DNA from: a virus
Taxonomy: Duplodnaviria; Heunggongvirae; Uroviricota; Caudoviricetes
DNA length: 64,000 bases
Strand: one strand, 5' to 3'
Virus record (IMG/VR): IMGVR_UViG_3300045597_000172
Under the pieces are notes generated by a model. It was not told where the DNA came from and did no database searches. It worked only from the letters and a program-made list of their open reading frames with translations. Below are positions 18,298 to 28,335 of the stretch, piece by piece. Position 1 is the first letter of the stretch. The number at the start of each line of letters is the position of its first letter. Position numbers and translations under genes: made by a program.

Positions 18298-20721
18298 ATG
18301 CAGCTAAACGAAGTTGTTAACGAACTATCATTGTCAGAAATGCAAATAAGTCGTCTTGCAAACGATAAAAAGATAGTCCGATATCATAAGAATCATTCAA
18401 AGATGTGGGAATATGACGACGAAAGTGTCTTTAGTTACAAACAATATCTCATTGAGAAACAAAAACTAGAACAACGGTATAATACCCAAAAAACAGTAAT
18501 CAAACGTGATAAATCAATTGCTAAATTTCACCGTGAAAATATCACGAACGCGGTAACAAAAGCCTTTGACGATGTATATTCAAACATTGAAGATCATGTC
18601 ACTACAATTGACCAAATTGTAGATTTAGCAATCAATAAATTACTACGTCAAAACAAAATGCAGTTCGATATTACCGAGATTCAATCATCTGTTGAACAAT
18701 CTCTCATTGACGCTGAAGAATTTAAAGTTGCCGAAGCGTATACAGCATATCGTTTACAACACGACATCGATCGTAAAAAACAAACATCTGTTGATTACCA
18801 AATCAACAAGCTATTGAAAAAAGATGATGACGTCATTAACGAAAATGCTAATAAAGACGCCGATGTCTATGCTACCAAACGTGATTTGACCGCTGGCGCT
18901 GTCTCAAAAGCAATTGGTTTAAAACTATTGCCAAAGAAAATTGCTAACGCTAATATCAAAGGTCTGATTCACTGGCATGACTTAGATTACAGTCCTGCAA
19001 ATCAATACCACAATTGTGGATTAATTGACTTAGAAGATATGTTAAAGAATGGATTCACATTAGGAAACGCTGATGTTGAATCGCCACACACATTGACAAC
19101 CGCGGTAGCACAAGCATCACAAATACTTTCAGCAATAAGTTCATCTCAGTACGGGGGTTGTTCATATGATCGTATTGACGAAGTCCTCGCACCATACGCT
19201 GAAAAATCATTTAAAAAGCACTTAAAAATTGCTAAATCATTAAACATCGAAGATCAAAAGAACTACGCAGAAATAATGACACGCCGCGAAATTCAACAAG
19301 CTATGCAAAGTTTCGAATACGAGATAAATACCCTCTATTCATCGAATGGCCAAACTCCTTTCGTAACACTAGGATTTGGACTTGGTACTAGTTGGTTTGA
19401 ACGTGAAATTCAAATCGGTATCCTTAACCAACGCATTGCTGGACTAGGCAAAGATCATCGTACTGCAATTTTTCCAAAGTTATTATTTACAATTAAACCC
19501 GGCGTTAACATGCATCCAAAAGATCCCAATTATGACATCAAGAAACTCGCTTTAAAATCAGTTATTAAACGCATGTCACCCGAAATTCTAAACTATGACA
19601 ATGTCATCGATATTACGGGAAGTTTTAAAGCCTCAATGGGCTGCCGCAGTTTTCTTAGCGCGATGACACCAGAAGATTTAAAAGCTCGTGGCGAAACACA
19701 TGATTACTCAAGCGGACGCTTAAATTTAGGTGTCGTTAGTTTAAACCTACCAAGAATTGCACTTGATTCAAACGGTGACAAAGACAAATTCTGGAAATTA
19801 CTCGATGAACGGCTAAATCTACAACGTGATGCTTTACTTTTTCGAATTGAAAATGTTAAACAAGCCTTACCAAAATACAATCCAGCCGGATTCATGTATG
19901 GCGGATATGGTCGTTTAGATCCTGATGGAAATGTCGACGAACTATTTAATCACAACCGTGCATCCGTTTCAATGGGATACGTTGGCTTATACGAAATGAC
20001 AGCCCGCTTCTATGGTGACTGGCAACATGATCACACTTACAACCAAGAAGCTCACGACTTTGCATATTCCGTCATTAAACACATGAACGAAAAAGCTGCT
20101 GCATGGAAAAAACAATATGGATACGGTTTTTCAGTTTATGGTACTCCAGCCGAAAGTCTGAATAGTACCTTTGAAGAAATTGACCATAAACTATATCCAA
20201 ACGTACCATTTGTTACCGATCATGATTTCTATACTAATAGTTTTCACTATTTTGTTGAACGAAAACCAACACCGTTCGAAAAACTAGATTTTGAAGCACC
20301 CTTCCAAAAACTTTCAAACGGTGGTTTTATCAGTTACATTGAATTGCCATGTATGAAAGATAACTTAGATGCACTCGAAGCAATTTGGGATTATTCCTAT
20401 AAAGCCGGCATTGGTTATTTTGAAATCAACACCGCAATTGACCACTGTTTGGAATGTGACTTCCATGGTGAATACACCGCCGATGAAAAAGGCTATCATT
20501 GCCCAAACTGTGGAAATTCAAATCCTGAAACCAGCGACGTTACCCGCAGGATCTGCGGTTATCTTGGAAATCCAATGAAACGTCCACCAAAACACGGTCG
20601 TCAAGCCGAAATCATTCATCGTGTCAAGCACATGTCTGGTACCCTTGGTCGTCTGGATAATGGTGAATTTCTGGAATCCGACACTGCCGATAAAAACAAA
20701 GTTCGAAAACTAAATAATTAA
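18298..20721 (+). CDS. nrdD: anaerobic (class III) ribonucleoside-triphosphate reductase with extra N-terminal HTH-like segment and ATP cone
   Basis: ATP cone VIKRD..., HWHDLDY, MGCRSFL, NLGVVSLNLPR, GTPAESL, CLEC...CPNCG, glycyl-radical TRRICGYLG. Confidence 0.95.
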   Translation: MQLNEVVNELSLSEMQISRLANDKKIVRYHKNHSKMWEYDDESVFSYKQYLIEKQKLEQRYNTQKTVIKRDKSIAKFHRENITNAVTKAFDDVYSNIEDHVTTIDQIVDLAINKLLRQNKMQFDITEIQSSVEQSLIDAEEFKVAEAYTAYRLQHDIDRKKQTSVDYQINKLLKKDDDVINENANKDADVYATKRDLTAGAVSKAIGLKLLPKKIANANIKGLIHWHDLDYSPANQYHNCGLIDLEDMLKNGFTLGNADVESPHTLTTAVAQASQILSAISSSQYGGCSYDRIDEVLAPYAEKSFKKHLKIAKSLNIEDQKNYAEIMTRREIQQAMQSFEYEINTLYSSNGQTPFVTLGFGLGTSWFEREIQIGILNQRIAGLGKDHRTAIFPKLLFTIKPGVNMHPKDPNYDIKKLALKSVIKRMSPEILNYDNVIDITGSFKASMGCRSFLSAMTPEDLKARGETHDYSSGRLNLGVVSLNLPRIALDSNGDKDKFWKLLDERLNLQRDALLFRIENVKQALPKYNPAGFMYGGYGRLDPDGNVDELFNHNRASVSMGYVGLYEMTARFYGDWQHDHTYNQEAHDFAYSVIKHMNEKAAAWKKQYGYGFSVYGTPAESLNSTFEEIDHKLYPNVPFVTDHDFYTNSFHYFVERKPTPFEKLDFEAPFQKLSNGGFISYIELPCMKDNLDALEAIWDYSYKAGIGYFEINTAIDHCLECDFHGEYTADEKGYHCPNCGNSNPETSDVTRRICGYLGNPMKRPPKHGRQAEIIHRVKHMSGTLGRLDNGEFLESDTADKNKVRKLNN

Positions 20722-20809
20722 GCAAAACAAAGACCATGAGAGAATCGATTCACGTTCGCTGCGTGATGGTCTTTTTATAATCTCAAAATATTAAAAAAAG
20801 GATGATTAC

Positions 20810-21412
20810 ATGACAACTCCAAGCATTCATATCAAAAACCCAAAACCTACCAAAATTAAACAATTTGCTAATCCTAAGCCCAAAGAATGGTTAGCTAAGA
20901 ACTTATCTAAAGGACTTTATGCTGACTGGAAGTTTCCATCAGTCTCAGACGGAAACGGCGTTAGAGGCTCATTATTTGTCTCTGGATGTATGTTCCACTG
21001 CCATAACTGTTTCAATGCATCAATTTGGAACTTCAACAACGGCAAGCCATTCACAAAAGACGTTCAAGACAAAATTATTCAAGATCTATCACATTCATAT
21101 GTTCAGGGACTCACCCTACTCGGTGGTGAACCATTCTTAAACACAAATATTCTAATTCCATTAATTGACCGTGTACGCAAAGAATTACCGACCAAAGATA
21201 TTTGGTCATGGTCAGGCTACAAGTGGGAAGAATTATTAAAAGACTCAGACGACAAACTTGAAATGTTATCAAAAATCGATGTTTTAGTTGATGGCCGTTT
21301 TGACGAACGTCTTAAAGCTGGTGACCATCCCTTTAGAGGTAGTTCCAACCAACGTATCATTGATGTTCCCGCATCATTAAAACAACACAAACTAATAAAG
21401 TTGATGGAATAA
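20810..21412 (+). CDS. nrdG: anaerobic RNR activase (radical SAM)
   Basis: GVRGSLFVSGCMFHCHNCFN, LLGGEP, DVLVDG, RGSSNQRII. Confidence 0.95.
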   Translation: MTTPSIHIKNPKPTKIKQFANPKPKEWLAKNLSKGLYADWKFPSVSDGNGVRGSLFVSGCMFHCHNCFNASIWNFNNGKPFTKDVQDKIIQDLSHSYVQGLTLLGGEPFLNTNILIPLIDRVRKELPTKDIWSWSGYKWEELLKDSDDKLEMLSKIDVLVDGRFDERLKAGDHPFRGSSNQRIIDVPASLKQHKLIKLME

Positions 21413-21437
21413 CAAATAAGAAAGAAGTGAATCATTT

Positions 21438-22004
21438 ATGACTGAAGATTTAAACATCCCAATCAAAAACGATATTATCACCGCCATTGACGATGAACCT
21501 GTCACTGTTTCAGAATGGACTGGTACATTTTCACCTGATCGCGTATATCATGTCAAAAATCTAATCATCAAACTAAAATCGGGTGCAGTTATTAAACTTG
21601 AAAACCGTGAACCAGATACTGATTATGGAAATTGCGAAGTAATCGCAAATTTTGACGAAATCAAATTAATTCCAGTCGTACTTAAAGTCTTTGCTGATTC
21701 AAAAACAAAAACATTAACCATCGGAGCATTAATCCAATCATTACTTAAAAATCTCAATTCACAAGAAGAATCAGACTATACGTATCCCGGTGGTGTAATT
21801 TCAATCAAAAATAAAAATAAAACTACTGATTATTACATCAAAAACCCAAATTACTTAATGGAAATCCCAGAACTTGACGATGATAACAAACCGGTATCAT
21901 ATATTCCAGATCATGGAATGTTTCGTTATAAAGACGACAATGACCCAAATATTAAGCCATATTTAACCGAAATCGTTTCAACCATCGATAAGATGACAAA
22001 ATAA
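21438..22004 (+). CDS. hypothetical protein
   Basis: 188 aa ORF. Confidence 0.7.
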   Translation: MTEDLNIPIKNDIITAIDDEPVTVSEWTGTFSPDRVYHVKNLIIKLKSGAVIKLENREPDTDYGNCEVIANFDEIKLIPVVLKVFADSKTKTLTIGALIQSLLKNLNSQEESDYTYPGGVISIKNKNKTTDYYIKNPNYLMEIPELDDDNKPVSYIPDHGMFRYKDDNDPNIKPYLTEIVSTIDKMTK

Positions 22005-22060
22005 AAAACGCCGGAATCTTCGGCATACATACTAATCCAAAACGAAAGGACAAATCCCCT

Positions 22061-23116
22061 ATGGAAAAATTAACATACAAAAAAATAATTGAAAAACTTA
22101 TCATCTGGAATTTTACTAGTGCCCCAACAATTTTTACTAAAAAAGGCAGAGAAAAAAAATATACAAGAAACTTCCTTTGGTTAGTACCACTAATAAATAC
22201 TGAAACGCAACAACTAGAAATCTATTTAGCAATCCAAAAAGATCCACGTAACTATAAAAGTACCAGATTAATTCAACATAAATTAGAAACAATTACCTTT
22301 AAACAACAAAAATTTGATTATAACGTTGACTTAGAAATATCAAAATTCATATCATTTTACAAAGATCCAACATACGACCAAAGCGAACGATTTGAAATCA
22401 AAGCATCTAATTTTGACAATGTATTTCTAAGTCAATTGAAAAAATTACATCAATTAATATCAAAGCTCTATCAATCATGTGATACTAGTTCAATTACAAA
22501 ACCAATAACTCAAAAAGTTCTCACCTACAAAATTCAATTACAAGAACGATATGGCGAAAATAAAATCAATATTCGGATTGACAACAACTTAAAACAGCAA
22601 TATGAAGTTCCAACGAATAAAAAATACCTACCACTGTTCGTAGTTCTAAATGACTACACCATACCAAGTAACGAACCTTGGATGAACGAACCGTTCACTA
22701 ATATTTCTGCAAACGGACTACCAACATTTCAACGATATCTTTATCTAACATCAACTCCAAATAAAGAAATTGCTAAGAAAACCAAAGCAAAAAACAGAGA
22801 AACTTTACAAAAAAACATCAACCGAAAAAGAGGAAATGGACCAGCAAGTAAAAAACAAATTGAAACTCTCCAAAAAATATTTGAAACAACCTACAATAAA
22901 CAACAATGGTTTAAAGACGGAAAATTACCTGAAGAAATAAACAAATCATCCGCAAATGATCTACTAACCCGAATTTTATATCATAACCAAATTGGATTGA
23001 CTATAAAACAACACTACTTCTTGTCACAACGATTTAAGGAATCTGAAATAAAAAACATGACAAAAAAAGAAGCATTCGAAATAATAAGAAAAATCCACAA
23101 AGACGAAACGACATAA
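22061..23116 (+). CDS. hypothetical protein
   Basis: GAAAGGA RBS, 351 aa. Confidence 0.7.
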   Translation: MEKLTYKKIIEKLIIWNFTSAPTIFTKKGREKKYTRNFLWLVPLINTETQQLEIYLAIQKDPRNYKSTRLIQHKLETITFKQQKFDYNVDLEISKFISFYKDPTYDQSERFEIKASNFDNVFLSQLKKLHQLISKLYQSCDTSSITKPITQKVLTYKIQLQERYGENKINIRIDNNLKQQYEVPTNKKYLPLFVVLNDYTIPSNEPWMNEPFTNISANGLPTFQRYLYLTSTPNKEIAKKTKAKNRETLQKNINRKRGNGPASKKQIETLQKIFETTYNKQQWFKDGKLPEEINKSSANDLLTRILYHNQIGLTIKQHYFLSQRFKESEIKNMTKKEAFEIIRKIHKDETT

Positions 23117-23134
23117 TACCATAATAAACAACAC

Positions 23135-23158
23135 AACGCACCAGCCGGTGCGTTTTTT
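23135..23158 (+). terminator. Rho-independent terminator
   Basis: AACGCACC-AGCC-GGTGCGTT + T run. Confidence 0.8.
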
Positions 23159-23197
23159 AGTTTACAGTTATCCAAAAAAAACCAAGAGGACGATAAT

Positions 23198-24025
23198 ATG
23201 AACATTTTAATCAGTATCTTAATCATCACAATGATTGCTATTCTAACAATCACCATGATTAAGAAAATCCAAATTAAAAAAGAAGAATCAAGAATTCAAA
23301 GCAGAAAACATGAAATTATCAACATGTTAAATACAAAAGTAAAAACAATTTTCTACAAAAATGCTAGACGTCAGGCAATTCAATCAATGTTACAATCTTG
23401 GGATGATTTTCAAATTAAAATTCTTAACACTTTCAATAACGAAATCTACAAAAAAGAACCCCTCGACATTAATTTAATCTACACGTATACGATTCAAATG
23501 ATAAATCTAGCAATCTATCTAACATATTCACGAAAAAGTTATCCGCAAGAAGACCAATCTGTTAACGATTTGACGATGCAATACTACCAAATTATGAATA
23601 ATGATTACCAAGACATTCAACTCGTGAGCATCAAAAATGAAATTAAAAACGAATTTCAAAAAGAAGATTTCAATCCAGAAAATGCAAGACAAATGATAAT
23701 TGCATATAAAGTCACAAAATTAAATTTTGAAACTCAAAACGAGAATTTCTTTAAAGTTGGATTATCAGAAATCACAGCAACAAAACTTATCAACAATCTA
23801 GCAACCGCTAACGAAACTGATCCTACGGTACTTAACAATCTGGCCAATCAAACGATCAAAGAAATCAACGTCCAAGAATTTCGTGACTTTACCGTAACCT
23901 CAAATCAAGAAGCCTATGAAAAATTATTAAGTTGGGCTACTGCATCATTAAAATCAAAACAAGAAACAAAACATCAAAAAAAATCTACACTTGAAATTGC
24001 AATCACTGCAACATCTAAACTATAA
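23198..24025 (+). CDS. N-terminally membrane-anchored hypothetical protein
   Basis: ILISILIITMIAILTITMI anchor; GAGGA RBS. Confidence 0.75.
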   Translation: MNILISILIITMIAILTITMIKKIQIKKEESRIQSRKHEIINMLNTKVKTIFYKNARRQAIQSMLQSWDDFQIKILNTFNNEIYKKEPLDINLIYTYTIQMINLAIYLTYSRKSYPQEDQSVNDLTMQYYQIMNNDYQDIQLVSIKNEIKNEFQKEDFNPENARQMIIAYKVTKLNFETQNENFFKVGLSEITATKLINNLATANETDPTVLNNLANQTIKEINVQEFRDFTVTSNQEAYEKLLSWATASLKSKQETKHQKKSTLEIAITATSKL

Positions 24026-24043
24026 AATATAGGAGAAATCATT

Positions 24044-24469
24044 ATGCCAACAAAATCAAAACTGATCGGAACATTCGATCACTACACTGTATCTGAAAAA
24101 GAATACACGAAAGACGGAATTTCAAAGAAATTTTTCAATCCAAAAATCGTCCTGAAAAATGTCATTGACTTAATCACTGGTGAAAAATTTGAAACTGTCA
24201 CCTTCAACTACGGATCCGGATTCAAAAAGTTCGGATTAATTACCGAAGAAATCGAATTTAGTCTAAATGTAAAACGAAACGAAGATGGAACATTCAGCTA
24301 TCCATCAAACATTACCAAAATTGACAAAACATACCAACCAATCCCTGATATTTCAAACGATTTGATTTCAGGAATGATCATGCAACATAACCAAAAAATT
24401 GGTCGCAACGACACCCCAATTAATCAAGAACTAATTGACGAATGGAAAAAATACGGAGCAGCAAAGTAA
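24044..24469 (+). CDS. hypothetical protein
   Basis: AGGAG RBS. Confidence 0.7.
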   Translation: MPTKSKLIGTFDHYTVSEKEYTKDGISKKFFNPKIVLKNVIDLITGEKFETVTFNYGSGFKKFGLITEEIEFSLNVKRNEDGTFSYPSNITKIDKTYQPIPDISNDLISGMIMQHNQKIGRNDTPINQELIDEWKKYGAAK

Positions 24470-24483
24470 GAAAGGAAGTCACT

Positions 24484-24960
24484 ATGAACATCATTTCAAA
24501 AATAAAACTAATAAAAGACAAACCAATGTTTTATATCGAAATAAAAGGCAGCATTCCAACAATTTCAAAGGTTGAACACGTACTTAATAACTCAGGATTT
24601 GATTTCACACCAGTCTATTTGCACGTTAGTGTTCGTGATTTTTACACGAACTATCAACAAGGAATGATTGCCCAGCCAAGCAAAGAACCCACCAGCATGC
24701 AACAAAATAATCTAGCAAAAGAACTAAGCTACATTGCTGTGATGGCTAACAAAAAAGAACCAAAATCCACAACGATTTTCGGTGTGTACAACACTGCTGC
24801 TGAATTATCAAGCATCCTTAAAAAAGAAAAGACTATTGATCAAATTGCAGAAAATGGCGGATTTAAAACATTTCACGCTGATGATACTGAGTTAACAAAT
24901 TTCGAAGATGACTTCAATCGGTACCTTGTAAAGATTTTATACCAAGATCGTTTAAACTAA
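24484..24960 (+). CDS. hypothetical protein
   Basis: AGAAAGGA RBS before ATG 24484. Confidence 0.7.
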   Translation: MNIISKIKLIKDKPMFYIEIKGSIPTISKVEHVLNNSGFDFTPVYLHVSVRDFYTNYQQGMIAQPSKEPTSMQQNNLAKELSYIAVMANKKEPKSTTIFGVYNTAAELSSILKKEKTIDQIAENGGFKTFHADDTELTNFEDDFNRYLVKILYQDRLN

Positions 24961-24982
24961 CACATCCAAAGGAGTAATTAAC

Positions 24983-25687
24983 ATGGCAAACATTTCAGAC
25001 GCAGTTGGAACAATTTCATTCGATCCAGATTTTTATCAACAACAAAAAAGTATTATCGACAATTTTATGCAAGAAATGATGAAAACGGATGACTTAATCA
25101 GTGAATACGGAATTATGCTAACAAATCAAACTAATGAAGAATTTACATTCACCGGTTCTGGACGCTGGTCACTGTCAAATATTATTGAATCACTTTTAGT
25201 ACCTATTGCATTTTATGAACAAAAACAGTCAAAAGCATTCGAAGACTTTTATCAACTGTTACAAAATACCCAAAGTCCAATCGAAATTGAATATAAAGAC
25301 TATGAATGCGGTTGTGAGCTTTTAACACATGAAATAGTTAGTCTAACCGCAAGACGTAAGTTAACAAAAGAACAAACCGAAAATGGTCGCTTGTTTGATT
25401 CAAACGAAAAATTATCCGATCCATATGATTACAACGATTACAAAAAGATTGAACTGGATTTTGAAGAAGGATACCTACTTGATGATCCTCATCAAAAAAG
25501 TGAATTCCTTAAACAAGAATTACATCCGTGGTATGAAGAACAAGATGAAGAATTTCAAAACAATCATCAATATTCAACACTGAAAAATGAAATCCTGAAG
25601 TATATCAAACATGATTCAGACTTAAAGAATGGAATTTGTTTATGGCGTTGCGAAGAAGGTTTTGACGCAATCATTGAAGATTTATAA
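24983..25687 (+). CDS. hypothetical acidic protein
   Basis: AAGGAG RBS. Confidence 0.7.
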   Translation: MANISDAVGTISFDPDFYQQQKSIIDNFMQEMMKTDDLISEYGIMLTNQTNEEFTFTGSGRWSLSNIIESLLVPIAFYEQKQSKAFEDFYQLLQNTQSPIEIEYKDYECGCELLTHEIVSLTARRKLTKEQTENGRLFDSNEKLSDPYDYNDYKKIELDFEEGYLLDDPHQKSEFLKQELHPWYEEQDEEFQNNHQYSTLKNEILKYIKHDSDLKNGICLWRCEEGFDAIIEDL

Positions 25688-25710
25688 AATCGAAATAAGG
25701 AGCATCTTTC

Positions 25711-27033
25711 ATGGATAATGAAAAAAATGAAATAACTTTATTGATTCAACAATTAAATACGCTCGGAAATCTCAAAGGTAATCAAAAATTAGATTACTTA
25801 AAAGATCAGCCCCTACAAAAATGGTTGACCATGACACTGATGTTTGTGTTTAATAAATTTATTCAAACTGGAATCTCTAGTAAAACCCTTCTGAATCCAG
25901 ACCTTGAAACGCAGGTTGTGCCATCAGATTTAACATATCTTAAATTAATTGATTATGTTAGAGCACATCATACGGGTGACAAAAACACAGCGAGTCTTGT
26001 AAAAAGCTACATCCAACAGTTTTCAGACCAAAACGTTCAAACAACACTAATTCAAATCTTCAGCAAAGAATTAAAACTTGGAATTACCGCAAAATCAATC
26101 AACAAAGTTTTCGGTAAGAACTTCATCCCTGAATTCGATGTGCAACTAGCGTTTCATTACGCAAAATATGCAAATAAAATCACGAACAAACGATTTATCC
26201 TAACTCAAAAATTAGATGGACATCGTTCAGTATGTATTATTAAAAATGGCCACGGACAATTCTATACCCGACAAGGACTCATTATTCCCGGCCTAGAAAC
26301 ACAAGCCAAAAACTTAGTAAACTTCGCAAATCAGATAAACCAACAAGAATTTGTCTTTGACGGAGAATTACTACTAAAAAACACTGATCGACTTACAACC
26401 AAAGATCTATTTAGAAAAACTAGCAGTGTCTTACGGTCAAACACAGCCGATAAATCAGACATTATTTTTAATATTTTTGACGGCTTGTCGCTAGATGAAT
26501 TTATCAACGGCAAATCAAATATTATGTTTGCAGACCGAAAACAAACGTTAATAAGTGCAAAGTTCATCACCCCGCAAATCAAAGTGATTCCCAATTTATA
26601 CGACGGTTACGACACCAACAAAATTGCAGAAATAGTTCAACAATATGTCGAACCTAATGATTGGGAAGGCTTAATGCTTAACACTGCTGATGGACAATAT
26701 GTCACAAAAAGGTCACAAGATATTTTAAAGATTAAAAAATTCTTTAATACCGATGTCTTTGTAACGGATATATTTGAAGGAACGGGACATCTAAAAAACA
26801 GAATCGGTGGCGTAATTGTTGATTACAAAGGATTTCCGGTCAGAGTTGGATCCGGATTCAATGACGTACAAAGAAAATACTTTTGGGAACACCCTGCCGA
26901 CATTGTAAATCATCTAATTGACGTACAATACTTTGAAGAAACTCGAAATCAAAAAGATGAAAGTCTATCATTAAGATTCCCAATCTTTAAAACCATTCGG
27001 GATGACAAAAATCACGTCAGCTTTGAAAGTTAA
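25711..27033 (+). CDS. ATP-dependent DNA ligase (phage type)
   Basis: QKLDGHR (KxDG), FDGEL, FNIFD, EGLML, LKIK, VGSGF, LRFP. Confidence 0.92.
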   Translation: MDNEKNEITLLIQQLNTLGNLKGNQKLDYLKDQPLQKWLTMTLMFVFNKFIQTGISSKTLLNPDLETQVVPSDLTYLKLIDYVRAHHTGDKNTASLVKSYIQQFSDQNVQTTLIQIFSKELKLGITAKSINKVFGKNFIPEFDVQLAFHYAKYANKITNKRFILTQKLDGHRSVCIIKNGHGQFYTRQGLIIPGLETQAKNLVNFANQINQQEFVFDGELLLKNTDRLTTKDLFRKTSSVLRSNTADKSDIIFNIFDGLSLDEFINGKSNIMFADRKQTLISAKFITPQIKVIPNLYDGYDTNKIAEIVQQYVEPNDWEGLMLNTADGQYVTKRSQDILKIKKFFNTDVFVTDIFEGTGHLKNRIGGVIVDYKGFPVRVGSGFNDVQRKYFWEHPADIVNHLIDVQYFEETRNQKDESLSLRFPIFKTIRDDKNHVSFES

Positions 27034-27057
27034 TAACGCTAAAAGGAAGAACACACT

Positions 27058-27411
27058 ATGAAAAATATTTATCTGGATGACGACAAACATAACAGACCCA
27101 CGCCGCACGGTTTTATCCGAACATATAGTGTCGAACAATTGATACAAAAATTAGATATGTATAAAACAATTGACACCATCTCATTGGATAATGACTTAGG
27201 CAGCAAATTAGATGGCATTGACTTTGTAAAAATCTGGATAAATAAATGTATCGAAAACAATTGTTCATGGACAATTAAAAACGTTATTATTCATTCTGCA
27301 AATCCAATTGCTGTTAAAAACATGTATTCATTACTGAATCAAGCAAAAAAACATCACTTGATTGATGCAAATATTACTGAAAAGTCTAAACTATTTAAAA
27401 ATGAAAGGTAG
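27058..27411 (+). CDS. cyclic-phosphate-processing receiver-like domain protein (phage type)
   Basis: IYLDD..P..F..., ISLDNDLG, HSAN. Confidence 0.65.
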   Translation: MKNIYLDDDKHNRPTPHGFIRTYSVEQLIQKLDMYKTIDTISLDNDLGSKLDGIDFVKIWINKCIENNCSWTIKNVIIHSANPIAVKNMYSLLNQAKKHHLIDANITEKSKLFKNER

Positions 27412-28055
27412 TGGTTGTTTTGTATGAAAAATATCAAATAACAAAATCAATGTTACTCAGTGAACTCAGGCTTGAAAAAATAGAGCCTAATACTCGGTTT
27501 GGAACGTCAAGTTCTAGTGCTATATCCGTCACCAACGATGTTTTAACGCTTGTTCCCCGTATGTTGGAATTAAATAAACGTCCATTTAGGGGTATTGTTA
27601 CAGATGTTGCTCCTTATGTGGAGAATATATATCAATTTAAAGAGCCTGATCTGCCTAAAGTTGAAGCTATCTTGGGTAAAAAACTTGATGTTTATGATGT
27701 GCCTGCACCTAAGTTTCATTCTTTAGGTTTAAGCATTGATGAAGTTTCTCACGATAGTAAATACCCTTACACCATATCAATGGGTCGTCTGTCACGTTCT
27801 GATGATCCCAACGCTCCATTTGTTTTAAGCAAACGTTACAAACGTGGAATTGAAACCAATGCTGTACATGCTTGTTTTTCTTGGATGAATTCCGAGCATT
27901 CAGCTATTAAAACTGTTGATGAAAACTATCTTGTCCTTGTTAAAGGTTTAGATTCTTGTTTAAAACTTGGCGAGTATTTTAAAGTTGGTCAAGATACACT
28001 TGATTGGAATAAGGATAGTTATGATAGAAAGATCAAGGAAAACGTACGAAAGTGA
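27411..28055 (+). CDS. hypothetical protein with atypical composition
   Basis: GTG start overlapping upstream stop; T/G-ending codons unlike neighbours. Confidence 0.7.
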   Translation: MVVLYEKYQITKSMLLSELRLEKIEPNTRFGTSSSSAISVTNDVLTLVPRMLELNKRPFRGIVTDVAPYVENIYQFKEPDLPKVEAILGKKLDVYDVPAPKFHSLGLSIDEVSHDSKYPYTISMGRLSRSDDPNAPFVLSKRYKRGIETNAVHACFSWMNSEHSAIKTVDENYLVLVKGLDSCLKLGEYFKVGQDTLDWNKDSYDRKIKENVRK

Positions 28056-28067
28056 AGATGAACTCTT

Positions 28068-28313
28068 ATGAAAAAAGGAAATGTAATCAGATATACATTC
28101 GAAGATCGACATGAAGCAATAACGGCAATAAACATTGCTGAATTACTTGATTTAGACAAAATTAAATCATCCGATATTATCGGCAGCGTATTTCTGCCAA
28201 TTGAAAATGAAATCATAAACGTTCCTCTAATTCGCCAATACAACATTCCGTACACATACGACGGTGAAAACGAACTCGGAACAATTCACTATATCTATTA
28301 TGAAAAACATTAA
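28068..28313 (+). CDS. hypothetical protein
   Basis: 81 aa ORF in operon. Confidence 0.6.
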   Translation: MKKGNVIRYTFEDRHEAITAINIAELLDLDKIKSSDIIGSVFLPIENEIINVPLIRQYNIPYTYDGENELGTIHYIYYEKH

Positions 28314-28335
28314 ATGAGAAAGCTGGAAACAAAAC

